Shown here in pieces: positions 29,237-39,653 of a DNA stretch of 64,000 bases. The notes beneath the pieces are model-generated. The model was not told the origin of the DNA. It saw nothing but the letters and a program-made list of their open reading frames with translations, and made no database searches. The position numbers were made by a program, and so were the translations under genes. Positions within the stretch are counted from its first letter, which is position 1. Each line of letters starts with the position of its first letter. The stretch spans positions 640,001 through 704,000 of the forward strand of contig OZ244732.1 of NCBI GenBank assembly GCA_965219345.1. Direction: 5' to 3'. This stretch comes from Nitrosopumilus sp. (GTDB lineage Archaea; Thermoproteota; Nitrososphaeria; Nitrososphaerales; Nitrosopumilaceae).

Positions 29237-30781
29237 TTAACTATTCATACAATCCATGTTATCATCAAGCTTTTACCATCTCTAATAACTCTAAAAAAAC
29301 ACCGAAAAGAATGGGTACAAAAAGAAGGAAAAAACATTGATCAAGAAAAGTACCGCAAAAATGCAAGACGCGTTCTAAAAGTCTGCATCGAGCTAGGACC
29401 TGTTTACATCAAGCTAGGACAATGGCTTTCATCTCGTGCAGATATCTTACCACAACCATACATGGAGGAGCTTGCAAAGCTGCAAGATGATGTTCCAGCA
29501 GTACCATTTGATAAAGTCAAACCAACTATAGAAAAAGACATTGGAGATATTAATGAAAAGTTTGATGAGCTTGAAACAAAAGAACTATCTGGAGCTTCAC
29601 TAGGTATAGTATATCGAGGAAAAATAAACGGACAACAAGTTGTAGTCAAAGTAAAGCGTCCGGGAATTGAAAAGATGGTTGATGATGAACTACAAGTTCT
29701 AAAAAAAATTCTGCCAATTGGGATGCGCTTTGTTGATCCTAATTTACGATTCTCAGTTGATGCAATGCTTGCACAATTTATCGAAACTATTCATGAAGAA
29801 ATGAATTACATGAAAGAGTCCCAAAATCTAAAAACAATTTCAAAAAATGTCAAAGAATACAAAAATGTCATAGTGCCCAAAGCGTATGATGAGTATACTT
29901 CAAAAAATATAATTACAATGGAGTATATTCCAGGCATCAAAATTACAGATATTGAAGCACTTGATGAATTGGGACTAGATAGACAAAAGCTAGTCATCGA
30001 TGTACACAAGGTCTTTTTCACAATGCTACTTAGGCATGCAATATTTCATGCAGATCCACACCCAGGTAACATATCTGTTGACAAGGATGGCCAGATAATT
30101 CTGTATGACTATGGAATGGTTGGTAGAATAGACAATGAAACAAGATTGCGATTAATCCGATTATACTTGGCACTAGTTGAAAAAGATCCATCTAGAACCG
30201 TAACAGCAATGAGTGATCTTGGAATGCTAATGCCTGACTATAACAAAACAGTAATTGAAAAAGCAGTACGGATGACAGTGCAAGCAATGCATGGAAGAAA
30301 ACCAGAAGAGATGGAAGTCAAAGCGTTAATGGAGCTTGCAAACAAGACAATGAGCAAGTTTCCATTTATGTTGCCCAAAAATCTGGCACTGTATATGAGA
30401 ATGTCTTCAATTATAGAGGGAATCTATCACACACACAAAGTCAATTTCAAGTTTGTTAAAGTTCTAAAACAGATTCTAGAAGAAGAACACCTAATCAAAG
30501 ACGCATACATCGAAGAAATAAAACATTCTTTTACAAAATTTGCAAAATCAATTGAAGATACTATCACAATAGCTCCTGAGATAAAGCGATTCATGGATGA
30601 GAATCGGGTGTATATGCAAATGCAAAGACCAAAGTCTAATGTTCTTTTAGCAGGAAGTATTTTGTCTTCTGCATTCTTTATTGGAGGTGCACTGGTTTAT
30701 CCAGCAAATGAAACAGCTGGTATTACTGGAATGATTGGCGCTCTAGTTGTTATGGCAATATTTGCAAAATTTAGAAAGTAG
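29237..30781 (+). CDS. ABC1/UbiB/AarF atypical kinase (canonical start codon missing)
   Basis: LGPVYIKLGQWLSSRAD lies upstream of ATG 29462; VVVKVKRPG, HADPHPGN and DYGM motifs. Confidence 0.85.
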   Translation, partial: LTIHTIHVIIKLLPSLITLKKHRKEWVQKEGKNIDQEKYRKNARRVLKVCIELGPVYIKLGQWLSSRADILPQPYMEELAKLQDDVPAVPFDKVKPTIEKDIGDINEKFDELETKELSGASLGIVYRGKINGQQVVVKVKRPGIEKMVDDELQVLKKILPIGMRFVDPNLRFSVDAMLAQFIETIHEEMNYMKESQNLKTISKNVKEYKNVIVPKAYDEYTSKNIITMEYIPGIKITDIEALDELGLDRQKLVIDVHKVFFTMLLRHAIFHADPHPGNISVDKDGQIILYDYGMVGRIDNETRLRLIRLYLALVEKDPSRTVTAMSDLGMLMPDYNKTVIEKAVRMTVQAMHGRKPEEMEVKALMELANKTMSKFPFMLPKNLALYMRMSSIIEGIYHTHKVNFKFVKVLKQILEEEHLIKDAYIEEIKHSFTKFAKSIEDTITIAPEIKRFMDENRVYMQMQRPKSNVLLAGSILSSAFFIGGALVYPANETAGITGMIGALVVMAIFAKFRK

Positions 30782-30783
30782 AA

Positions 30784-31155
30784 TTATTGGATCGGAATAT
30801 TTTTTTCAGTTTTCTTAATTGGAATGGTAATTGTTAGAACGCCCTCAGCATATTTAGCAGAATCAACCTGCTCTTCACCTTCTTTAATTCTAATTGGAAG
30901 TTGAATTTTTTTATCAATAATGTTTGGTCGTTGTTTCCAGATTACAGTACCAGCAACCTCATCTTTTTTTGCATTAATTGAGAGAACATTTCTATGAATC
31001 GATAGTTTGATATCTTTTTTTGAAAATCCTGGAATGTCAATTTTAATTATTAGATTGTCGTTTTTTTCGATCATGTCAACTGGTGGCAATACAAACTCAT
31101 AGAATTCTCTTGATTTGTTTCCAATCTCTTTTATTACTTCTTTGACAAGTCCCAT
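30784..31155 (-). CDS. Small heat shock protein (Hsp20 family)
   Basis: PPVD, DIPG and AKYAEGVLTITIP motifs. Confidence 0.9.
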   Translation of the reverse strand: MGLVKEVIKEIGNKSREFYEFVLPPVDMIEKNDNLIIKIDIPGFSKKDIKLSIHRNVLSINAKKDEVAGTVIWKQRPNIIDKKIQLPIRIKEGEEQVDSAKYAEGVLTITIPIKKTEKNIPIQ

Positions 31156-31256
31156 TTTGTGTTATATACTCAATTTTTGGTTATAAACCTTATAGGTCTC
31201 AACAAAATTTCTTTCACAAACTTTAGAATGAAAATATTTTTAGTGAAACAAAAAGT

Positions 31257-31382
31257 TTAGAATTTCTTAGTACTTCCTTCGAGAATTCCTGAATCTCCAT
31301 GTATTCTATCTATGTGTTTTGAAAGATCTTCTTTATCCTCAAAAATTGATTCACAGTAAGGACATGAGTATGTATCAGCCAT
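31257..31382 (-). CDS. 41 aa C2H2 zinc-finger microprotein
   Basis: MADTYSCPYCESIFEDKEDLSKHIDRIHGDSGILEGSTKKF; CxxC-x12-HxxxxH. Confidence 0.75.
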   Translation of the reverse strand: MADTYSCPYCESIFEDKEDLSKHIDRIHGDSGILEGSTKKF

Positions 31383-31474
31383 AATGATAAATCTACAGAG
31401 TTTCTATTAAATTATTTGCAAATTACCAAACATGATAGATTTTTAATCAATTAATTTCTTTGACATGTTAACTC

Positions 31475-32056
31475 ATGATAATTGTAATTGAAGGTGGAGA
31501 CCAAGCAGGTAAGTTAACACAATCAACTTTATTGGAAAAAGCGCTTAAAAAAAGAAAGATCAAAACAAAAGTATTTCATTTTCCCGACTACAAAACCCCA
31601 ATAGGAAAAGAAATCAGAAAATATTTGGATGGAAAAAGAAAATTTCCTCCCCAAGCAATTCATTGTCTTTTGGCCGCAAATAGATGGGAAAAATTAAATG
31701 AAATTTTAGTAGCTCAAGAAAAAAATTCAATTCTAATTATGAATCGTTATTATCATTCTAATTTGATTTACGGCATAGCAAATGGCATGAAGCAAAAGTG
31801 GCTTGAGAATCTTGATGTTGGCCTTCCAAAAGCTGATCTTGTAATTTTACTTGACGTTACACAAAAAGAATCATTTCATAGACAGAAAACTCATAGAGAC
31901 AAGTTTGAAAAAAATGAAGAATTTTTGAGAAAAATATCTAAAACCTATCGTACAACTGCTAAGAAAAAACATTGGCAGATAATTGATGCATCAAAGTCCA
32001 AACAAGAAATACACGGAGAAATTTTGAAAATATTCTCCAAGAAAATAAGATTATGA
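31475..32056 (+). CDS. tmk: Thymidylate kinase
   Basis: IEGGDQAGK, ANRWE and NRY motifs. Confidence 0.9.
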   Translation: MIIVIEGGDQAGKLTQSTLLEKALKKRKIKTKVFHFPDYKTPIGKEIRKYLDGKRKFPPQAIHCLLAANRWEKLNEILVAQEKNSILIMNRYYHSNLIYGIANGMKQKWLENLDVGLPKADLVILLDVTQKESFHRQKTHRDKFEKNEEFLRKISKTYRTTAKKKHWQIIDASKSKQEIHGEILKIFSKKIRL

Positions 32057-33288
32057 AAAAAAGTCATCTGGACATAATTGATCCAATCCATGATTTCATT
32101 CGTGTTTATGAACATGAACTATCAATAATTGATGATCCACTTTTTCAGAGATTAAGACGAATTAGACAGCTTTCTGGTGCTCATTTGACATATCCTGCAG
32201 CTCAACATACAAGATTCGAGCATTCATTGGGGGTCATGCACATTGCTAGTTTAGCAGGCCATGCATTAAATGAAAAAGGAATTTTCAAATCAGATGACAT
32301 TGAAATTCTTAGATTAGCTGGTCTCTTACATGATATAGGGCATGGACCATTTTCCCATCTTTTTGAGGAAATAATCCAGGAAAAAAAAATTTCACATGAA
32401 GACTTTGGTAAAGAAATTATTCTAAAATCTGAAATTGGTGACAATTTATCAAAAAATGGCTTTGACAAAAAACTCATTACAAGAATTGCTTTTGGAGATT
32501 CCAAATTTCAATACATGAACGAAATTGTTTCAGGTACACTTAGTGCAGATATGATGGATTATTTGCTTAGAGATGGTTATTTTACTGGAGCAGAACACGC
32601 AAAAATTGATCATAAAAGAATCACTCAATCACTTGATGTACATCAGAAAAAACTAGCCTTGGAACGTTCAGCACTATATTCTTTTGAATCAATGATGCAT
32701 TCTAGATATCAAATGTTCAAAGCAGTTTACTTTCACAAAACTGTAAGAGCAGCAGAAGTTATGCTGATTGAAGCATTAAGACTCTCTGATGATGAATTTG
32801 GTTTTACCACTTTTAATCTAAATGAATATGTCAAACTTACAGATGAATACGTTTTATCAAATCTAATCTCATCAAAATCTTCAAAATTGAAACGTGCTAG
32901 ACAATTTGCACAAGATTATCAAAACAGAAAATTGCTGAAATGTGTGTTTGAGAGAATCTTGACCAGCAGAACTAACTTGAAAAAAACACGAACTAACGAA
33001 CTTAGATCTACCATTTCTAAAAAATCCAAAGTTGATGAGAATGAAATTTTTGTTGATAGTTCTGTTACCCCATCAATTCCCCTTGCGCCATCCAAAAATG
33101 AATCAAAATCTATAATTTTGATTACAAATGAGAATGGAAAATCCTCAGCAAAAGAGATGCCAATTTCAGAAATTCCTGTAGTTTCTGCAATTTCTGGATT
33201 CATGAATATTCTAAGAATCTATACCCACCAAAAGAACAGAAAAAAAGTTGAAATTGCCGCCAAATCAATCCTTGGTGATCTAAAGTGA
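32053..33288 (+). CDS. HD-domain dNTP triphosphohydrolase-like protein (SAMHD1-like)
   Basis: [31 protein letters not shown] and DYLLRD motifs. Confidence 0.9.
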   Translation: MKKSHLDIIDPIHDFIRVYEHELSIIDDPLFQRLRRIRQLSGAHLTYPAAQHTRFEHSLGVMHIASLAGHALNEKGIFKSDDIEILRLAGLLHDIGHGPFSHLFEEIIQEKKISHEDFGKEIILKSEIGDNLSKNGFDKKLITRIAFGDSKFQYMNEIVSGTLSADMMDYLLRDGYFTGAEHAKIDHKRITQSLDVHQKKLALERSALYSFESMMHSRYQMFKAVYFHKTVRAAEVMLIEALRLSDDEFGFTTFNLNEYVKLTDEYVLSNLISSKSSKLKRARQFAQDYQNRKLLKCVFERILTSRTNLKKTRTNELRSTISKKSKVDENEIFVDSSVTPSIPLAPSKNESKSIILITNENGKSSAKEMPISEIPVVSAISGFMNILRIYTHQKNRKKVEIAAKSILGDLK

Positions 33289-33968
33289 AAAAGAGAATTG
33301 TCATCAAATTATCTGGAAGAGTTTTTGGTGCGGATAATATCAAAATACTAAAAGACTATGCTGAATTTCTAGTAAAAATAAGTAAAATTTGCCAACCAAT
33401 TGTTGTTGCAGGTGGTGGACACATTGCACGACATTACATTTCCCATGCAAGATCGTCTGGTGCAGATGAATCTACTCTTGATGAACTTGGAATTGAAATT
33501 TCAAGACTTAATGCAAAGCTATTGATTTATGCTCTAAAAAATAGAGCGTACTCACATCCACCAACTACTTTACAGGAGGTCAGACATGCAGTAGATGATG
33601 GATTAATAGTCGTAACAGGTGGTTTACATCCTGGTCAAAGTACTAATGGTACTGCTGCATTGATTGCTGAAAAAGTACACGCTGAACAATTCCTTAATGC
33701 TACCGATGTTGATGGAGTTTATGACATGGACCCAAACAAATTCAAAAAAGCAAAAAAATTCAAGCGGATTGAACTCAAAAATTTGAAAAAAATGTTGATT
33801 CATGAAGATTCTGTCGCAGGAGGCTATGACTTGATGGACATTGTTGCCCTAAAAATCATTGAGCGCTCTAAAATCAAAACAAGAATCATAAAAGCTAATC
33901 CCAAAATTATTGAAAAGGCCATAAAGGGTGGAGATGTCGGCACCCAAATAATTCTCCCTTCAAAATAG
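33285..33968 (+). CDS. pyrH: UMP kinase
   Basis: VIKLSG, GGG, PGQST and TDVDGVY motifs. Confidence 0.93.
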   Translation: MKKRIVIKLSGRVFGADNIKILKDYAEFLVKISKICQPIVVAGGGHIARHYISHARSSGADESTLDELGIEISRLNAKLLIYALKNRAYSHPPTTLQEVRHAVDDGLIVVTGGLHPGQSTNGTAALIAEKVHAEQFLNATDVDGVYDMDPNKFKKAKKFKRIELKNLKKMLIHEDSVAGGYDLMDIVALKIIERSKIKTRIIKANPKIIEKAIKGGDVGTQIILPSK

Positions 33969-34325
33969 TTATTCAGAAATTTCGTTTTGAATTGTTGGTC
34001 TTGTTTCAGACCAAATCTGAATCTCTTTTCCTGAATATTCAGGAATTCCTGATTCTCGAAGTTTTTTGAAAATTGATATGGCTTCATCTTTTTCTACCGT
34101 CTTTGATTGAGCCTTTGTAAAGCCATCTTTATCCACAATTATTGCCACATCCCCACCTTCAGAATTAATCACAGCAGTAAATTCTTCCTCTCCAACTGGC
34201 TGGAATTTTCCATCAACTTTTTTGGTTGTCAAAGTCAACATCCCAAATCCAGCTGCTTCAAACATCTTCATTTGTGATTTGCTTGCTCTTTGTTTTCCTT
34301 GTTGTACTGCTTGGAAATATTGCAT
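33969..34325 (-). CDS. Conserved hypothetical protein
   Basis: Intact 118 aa ORF with normal composition. Confidence 0.7.
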   Translation of the reverse strand: MQYFQAVQQGKQRASKSQMKMFEAAGFGMLTLTTKKVDGKFQPVGEEEFTAVINSEGGDVAIIVDKDGFTKAQSKTVEKDEAISIFKKLRESGIPEYSGKEIQIWSETRPTIQNEISE

Positions 34326-34396
34326 GATTTTTTTCTGCCTCCAATGATATAATAACTATCTTAACATTTAAGATATCTAGAGAATAAGCAAAAATA

Positions 34397-34954
34397 ATGA
34401 ATTCTAAAATCTTTGTTATAATTGCAGTTGCCGTACTTGTTTCTATATTGGGAGGAATTCTTATGGTAGGACCTACACAGATCACAGAGTCACAAGATGA
34501 CATTACTTCCGAAACTCAAAGCACTTCACAAGTTAAACCTCTTCAAATTGAACTAGAAGATATTTCTATTGCAAAAATTTCAGAACGAGCAGCTACAATA
34601 AAGATTTCATTCGAAATAATCAATCCTAACCCAGGTGCTTTTATCGTTCAAACTATGGATTATCAATTATTTGAAACAGGTTATTCTGAGTCTGAACAAA
34701 TTTCAGGTGGTGAAATAGGAAGCAGACCCACAGGGATGGTGGAATTTGGTTCAAACTATTATGTTCTTCTTGGTGATAACTCCATTATACTAAAAGACAC
34801 TATAACGTTGAAAAATTCTGGGAATACTCCTGAATTATGGGACCATCTTCAAGAAAACACTGCAACTTGGCGAGTTACCGGTGATGTCTTTTACAATCAA
34901 AGCTCTATGACAAGTGGTCAAGAAAATGAACTTCATTTTGAATTTACCAAATAG
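34397..34954 (+). CDS. Membrane-anchored LEA-2/WHy-like protein
   Basis: N-terminal TM; F.I.NPN motif. Confidence 0.7.
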   Translation: MNSKIFVIIAVAVLVSILGGILMVGPTQITESQDDITSETQSTSQVKPLQIELEDISIAKISERAATIKISFEIINPNPGAFIVQTMDYQLFETGYSESEQISGGEIGSRPTGMVEFGSNYYVLLGDNSIILKDTITLKNSGNTPELWDHLQENTATWRVTGDVFYNQSSMTSGQENELHFEFTK

Positions 34955-35052
34955 AATAGATAGTATCATAAAATTTTAAAATTATGATAATTTGTTTTTA
35001 GAAAAAAAATATTGGCAAAGTTATAAAAGCCCGTAAAGTCGTTTTTTATCAA

Positions 35053-35163
35053 ATGGCAGAAGCAGGAATGGCCGCATTCGGCGCAGCAGCAGGAGTGGCA
35101 GTTGCACTAGCAGTAGTGACTTTCGCTCTACGTGGTAAGGGACATCCCGAAACACTAGAATAA
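35053..35163 (+). CDS. 36 aa single-TM microprotein
   Basis: MAEAGMAAFGAAAGVAVALAVVTFALRGKGHPETLE; TTATAAAAG about 30 bp upstream and a T-rich tract downstream. Confidence 0.65.
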   Translation: MAEAGMAAFGAAAGVAVALAVVTFALRGKGHPETLE

Positions 35164-35204
35164 ACAAAGGAAAAATCCTTTTTCATATTTTTCATTTTTC
35201 TAGA

Positions 35205-35852
35205 TTAATCTTTGTCGTCCTTGCCAAAAATTCCCATTAGGGATATTTGTTTGGCATTCTTCTTTTTCATGAAACATCTTTCAAAATACTGACAGTCGGA
35301 ACAATCAGATGATGGTTCTAGGATAGGTGTTTTTTGTTCTTTAAGAAGATTATTTAGAACTCTAACTCTTCTGATTACTTCCTCAAACATCTTTTTGTTA
35401 CGTGTTAATGAAAAAGTTATTTCTTTCTTGTCTCCCGTAACGTAAACAATCGCTCCATCGACTTTGTCATATATCCACATGCATGCGTTAAGAAATAGAA
35501 CATCATTTGCTTGAGGATTTTCTAATTCACCTAATACTGATCTGAATAAAAGAATGGAATCATCCACTACCATATCAACCTGTCCCTTTAGCTTGATATC
35601 GTCTATTGCAAATTCTTTGGGTTCGCTTCCATATTGTAATTTTCTTAGTAATCCAGAGAGAAGATCATTGAATCCTCTTCTCTCAATCTCATTAGGATCT
35701 ATCCTATCATAATATGAGCGTCTTAGACATTGAGTTACTTCTTGAAGATGAATAGTTTGAATATCCTTAGAATCTATTTCAATTTCTAATTCTCTTCCCA
35801 TAGAACTTATTGCATTATGAATTATACTTCGAAAATCTCTATCTCCCATCAT
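35205..35852 (-). CDS. Solo Cas4-like Fe-S protein with degenerate nuclease motifs
   Basis: CLRRSYY plus C-terminal CSDCQYFERC; GQVD; no cas neighbours. Confidence 0.75.
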   Translation of the reverse strand: MMGDRDFRSIIHNAISSMGRELEIEIDSKDIQTIHLQEVTQCLRRSYYDRIDPNEIERRGFNDLLSGLLRKLQYGSEPKEFAIDDIKLKGQVDMVVDDSILLFRSVLGELENPQANDVLFLNACMWIYDKVDGAIVYVTGDKKEITFSLTRNKKMFEEVIRRVRVLNNLLKEQKTPILEPSSDCSDCQYFERCFMKKKNAKQISLMGIFGKDDKD

Positions 35853-35884
35853 GATATATCATCTTGAAATTAGATCAATATAGG

Positions 35885-36115
35885 TTAATTCATAATCTTG
35901 TTTAGATACTTTGAAATTCTGCCTGAAAACGCAAGTGTGACAAAATGAACCCCAAACCCTAATACTGCACCAATAATCAGATTTCCAGTTCCATAGTAAA
36001 TTCCCAAAAATACTCCTAGTGAAGGCAGAGCAAAAATCAATGCCATAGAGATACTTACCCAATTTGTAAGAATATCAATCGACGTTTCATTTTTTTTTGA
36101 TGGAAACTTATTCAT
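35885..36115 (-). CDS. Small membrane protein (2 TM)
   Basis: 76 aa; lies in a run with atpC and the cas4-like gene. Confidence 0.65.
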   Translation of the reverse strand: MNKFPSKKNETSIDILTNWVSISMALIFALPSLGVFLGIYYGTGNLIIGAVLGFGVHFVTLAFSGRISKYLNKIMN

Positions 36116-36128
36116 TTTTTATACCAAA

Positions 36129-37163
36129 TTATTCTGTGTCTAAAATCAATTTTGATATAGTAGTTTCAGTTGGTATTTTTTGTTCTACTGCGTAAGCAAT
36201 TGCTGCAAGATTTCTTACTTCAAATGCAGTTAGTTTTGTAATTCCTACTGTTGTTGCTAAACTGAACATTTTTGTGAAAGAGTTTAACGATGCTTGATAA
36301 ATTGCCATTTCGAAAGATCTTTCAAATTCAGCTATTGCATCTAATTCATTTTCATTCTGAGGAACCAAATCCCTATATTTTGTGTTAGAAAGTTCGCTAA
36401 ATGCATCTCTTAATGATCCGGCTGCCATCATTCTTACTAGCAATTCTTTAGCAGCTGGGGATTGAATTACAATTAAATCCTGAATCTGTGGTTCATCAAG
36501 TCCCCAAAACTTACCTCTAATTACACTTAGAATGTTGTAAAAATCAACATCCATTCCAATTAATTTACCTGCATCAATACCTCCAGATTTTAGTGCATTT
36601 ACAAGACGCAAATACAAAATTTTATCAAAATATGTATCAAAGATTTGAATATTCTTCTTATCTGCATACAAAGCAGCTGCTTTTGTGATCTCTTCACCAA
36701 ATTCTACTTGGCTTAAACTTGCAACAGTTTCTTCCAAATCTTTTGCGACAAGCGCTTTAACCACAATATCTCTTTGTTTGATTAATTCTTCAGCCCGAAG
36801 ATTAATGTGAGCTTCAATCTCTTCTTGAGATTTTCCCAAAACTTTTCCTTTTAGAATTTGTTTTAAATTAGAAATAATAAATTTCAAATAATAAGCATCT
36901 AAGATACGTGACTCACCAGCAGTTTTCGCAATGCCATAATGAATTTCAGCTAGGTGACTTTTTAGAGCAGACTCAATACCAAGAGATGTGTAAGGTTTCT
37001 CTACTTCAGACACTGCCTCTCCATAAACTGTATTTTTAATTCTAGTCATTAGTTCATCAAGATCTCTTGATTCTGCCAGGGTTTGAAAATCTGCTTTTTT
37101 CAGTAATTTTCCTCTTTTACTATATGATTTTACAGATGCATAGACATTTTTAGATCCACTCAT
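36129..37163 (-). CDS. atpC: A/V-type ATP synthase subunit C
   Basis: NLKQILKGK, DVDFYN...RGK and EVRNL motifs typical of the subunit C/d family. Confidence 0.85.
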   Translation of the reverse strand: MSGSKNVYASVKSYSKRGKLLKKADFQTLAESRDLDELMTRIKNTVYGEAVSEVEKPYTSLGIESALKSHLAEIHYGIAKTAGESRILDAYYLKFIISNLKQILKGKVLGKSQEEIEAHINLRAEELIKQRDIVVKALVAKDLEETVASLSQVEFGEEITKAAALYADKKNIQIFDTYFDKILYLRLVNALKSGGIDAGKLIGMDVDFYNILSVIRGKFWGLDEPQIQDLIVIQSPAAKELLVRMMAAGSLRDAFSELSNTKYRDLVPQNENELDAIAEFERSFEMAIYQASLNSFTKMFSLATTVGITKLTAFEVRNLAAIAYAVEQKIPTETTISKLILDTE

Positions 37164-37219
37164 TTTGACTGTTTACTATACGTAACCGATTTTAATGTTT
37201 GGCGTTTTCTTGTTTGTGT

Positions 37220-37894
37220 TTAGGACTGGGTTATTTTATTGAGAAATTTAATGGATTCTTCCTTTTCTTGTTTGGATAGTTTTAAAAACGCCTCTAGAAA
37301 CTCCTTTTGAATACCTAAAGATTCATCAGAAATTCCCCCAAGTTTTGATAGATCAAAAGGAAGTAGATCTTTAATTTTATTATTACAAAAAGCCTTTACA
37401 TATTTTTGAAGAATTGAATATGTAAAATTGGGGCTAGTCTTCAAAAGAGTAGAGAGAATTTTTTCAAATTCTTTTTCAGTAGATTCAGACTTAGAAAAAA
37501 ACTCATTCAGTAAATTTTCTCTATTTTCAATTTCACTTATTGATAGTGCTATCAAGATACCCTTTCTGGTCAAATGATAGTATGGAATTCCTATTTTTTG
37601 AAGAGCCTTTGGGCCTCTTTTTAGAGGTAACCTTCCATCCTCTTCCGCAATCTTCATTGGAATTAAAATCTTATCTAAATCACGAAATATCCCTGAATAG
37701 ATATTCTTCCAGGTAATTCCTTGTTTTTTTGCTATTCTTTGAGATATCCCTGTTCTGGTTTTCTCTGCAGGATTTACATTGCTGGCAAGTATTGTGATAA
37801 TTGCTCTCTGTCTATTCGCTTCTCCTGTTAATTCTTCACCTTTAGTCTTGAATGTATTAAAAATTGCTAGGTTAATGACTGATTTTACCGTCAT
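37220..37894 (-). CDS. Putative winged-helix protein, divergent from amt
   Basis: TRTGISQRIA..WKNIYSGIFRDL....YYHLTRKG wHTH-like pattern. Confidence 0.6.
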   Translation of the reverse strand: MTVKSVINLAIFNTFKTKGEELTGEANRQRAIITILASNVNPAEKTRTGISQRIAKKQGITWKNIYSGIFRDLDKILIPMKIAEEDGRLPLKRGPKALQKIGIPYYHLTRKGILIALSISEIENRENLLNEFFSKSESTEKEFEKILSTLLKTSPNFTYSILQKYVKAFCNNKIKDLLPFDLSKLGGISDESLGIQKEFLEAFLKLSKQEKEESIKFLNKITQS

Positions 37895-38020
37895 TTCACA
37901 TCTCTGACCTGATTTTCATATTTTATGTTACTATCAGAATATACTAAAATATAATAATTTACTTTTTTATAAATTTTGGCGTCTCCAATCCTTAAATCCT
38001 CTCCAATTTCGATAAATTTA

Positions 38021-39583
38021 ATGAATTCTAGGAACTACAAGTATGCTCTATTACTTGTAGCCGCAGTATCCATCACAGCAACTGGTGCAATGTCTCAAGC
38101 ATATGCACAAAGTGTTGAAGATGGTATGGACGGATATGTTCTTGGAACCAGTGGAATTTACACTGGTAATCCAAACGAGTGTTGGTATGATGATGGCGAA
38201 GGTGGCATGCTTCCTTGTATGGTAGATACAGGTGATATGGCATGGATGCTAACGGCAACATCATTGGTACTCTTCATGACTCCTGGCGTTGCATTCTTTT
38301 ATGGTGGTTTATCCAGATCAAAGAACGCAGTAAACGTCGTCGGCATGACCTTTATCGTTATAGGTCTAATGTCAGTACAATGGGTTCTATGGGGATACTC
38401 GCTAGCATTTGGTGGAATTGATAATGACGCAAACATGTTCATGGGTAATTTGGACTATGCTGGATTTAATATGGTCTCAGCATGGGCTCCATTAGGTGAA
38501 GTAGGTCCATGTGGAGACACGTGGTCGGCAGCTTACCAAATGAACGCTTTCAAGGAAGGCGATGTTTGTAGTCAAGGTTGGCCGGGTACAGTACCTCACC
38601 AACTATTTGCAATGTTCCAAGCAACATTTGCAATTATCACTCCAGCACTAATTGTTGGTGGTTTGGTTGACAGAATCAAATTCAGCGCATTAGTAATATT
38701 CGTACTCTTATGGGGTACCTTCGTTTATGATCCAATTGCACATTGGGTTTGGGGAGGTGGTTACATAGGAGGAGGTTCAATAGACCTCGATCCAGACTTA
38801 TCGCCATCATACGCATTAGACTTTGCTGGTGGTACTGTAGTACACATTTCTTCAGGATTTGCTGCATTGGCAGGAGCCTTAGTCCTTGGCAGAAGACTCG
38901 GATATGGCAAAGTGCCAATGGAACCACACAACGTTCCAATGGTTGTACTTGGTGCATCCATACTATGGTTTGGTTGGTTTGGTTTCAATGCAGGAAGTGA
39001 AGTAATGGTAGACGGCATTACCGTAAGTGCATGGACTGTCACTAATACCGCAACTGGTATGGCTTCAGTTACATGGCTTTTGATGTCATGGGCACATACC
39101 GGAAAACCAAGCATTGTTGGAGCTGCATCAGGTGCAGTAGCAGGATTGGTAGCAATCACTCCAGCTTCAGGTTGGGTAGGTCCAATGGCTTCGATTATAA
39201 TCGGTATCGCTGCTGGTACAATTTGTTATGCAGCTATAGCATTCAAGAATGCACGCAAATGGGACGACGCATTAGATGTATGGGGAGTACACGGAATGGG
39301 TGGTTTCACAGGTGCAGTTTTGACTGGTACATTAGCTAGTCCACACGTTTGGGATACTGGAGACGGTATTGGCGCATGGACTGGTACGCCAGAAGGAATG
39401 GAACAGCAAGCAATCAGCATCATTGGGGCCTGTATATCAGTAGCCTATGCCTTTGGTGTTACCCTTGTAATCTTCAAAATTATGGATGCCATATGGCCAG
39501 GCGGAATCAGAGTCACTCCTAAAGAAGAGGAGATTGGCATTGATTTGGCACAGCACGGCGAAAGAGCATACGTCAACGAATAG
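38021..39583 (+). CDS. amt: Ammonium transporter Amt
   Basis: FMTPG..FYGG, FQATFA, DFAGGTVVH, WFGWFGFNAGS and DDALDVWGVHG (twin His). Confidence 0.97.
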   Translation: MNSRNYKYALLLVAAVSITATGAMSQAYAQSVEDGMDGYVLGTSGIYTGNPNECWYDDGEGGMLPCMVDTGDMAWMLTATSLVLFMTPGVAFFYGGLSRSKNAVNVVGMTFIVIGLMSVQWVLWGYSLAFGGIDNDANMFMGNLDYAGFNMVSAWAPLGEVGPCGDTWSAAYQMNAFKEGDVCSQGWPGTVPHQLFAMFQATFAIITPALIVGGLVDRIKFSALVIFVLLWGTFVYDPIAHWVWGGGYIGGGSIDLDPDLSPSYALDFAGGTVVHISSGFAALAGALVLGRRLGYGKVPMEPHNVPMVVLGASILWFGWFGFNAGSEVMVDGITVSAWTVTNTATGMASVTWLLMSWAHTGKPSIVGAASGAVAGLVAITPASGWVGPMASIIIGIAAGTICYAAIAFKNARKWDDALDVWGVHGMGGFTGAVLTGTLASPHVWDTGDGIGAWTGTPEGMEQQAISIIGACISVAYAFGVTLVIFKIMDAIWPGGIRVTPKEEEIGIDLAQHGERAYVNE

Positions 39584-39589
39584 AAAAAC

Positions 39590-39614
39590 CCCTTTCTTTT
39601 CTTTTTATTTTTTT
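39590..39614 (+). terminator. Oligo-T archaeal terminator after amt
   Basis: Pyrimidine tract CTTTCTTTTCTTTTTATTTTTTT just after the stop codon. Confidence 0.5.
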
Positions 39615-39653
39615 AATACAAATCAATTTAGATTTGATCAATTTACAAAAATC

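Noticed and set aside
35205-35852. CRISPR-Cas system based on the cas4-like gene
   Set aside because: Solo gene in a housekeeping context with no cas1, cas2, effector genes or array nearby.
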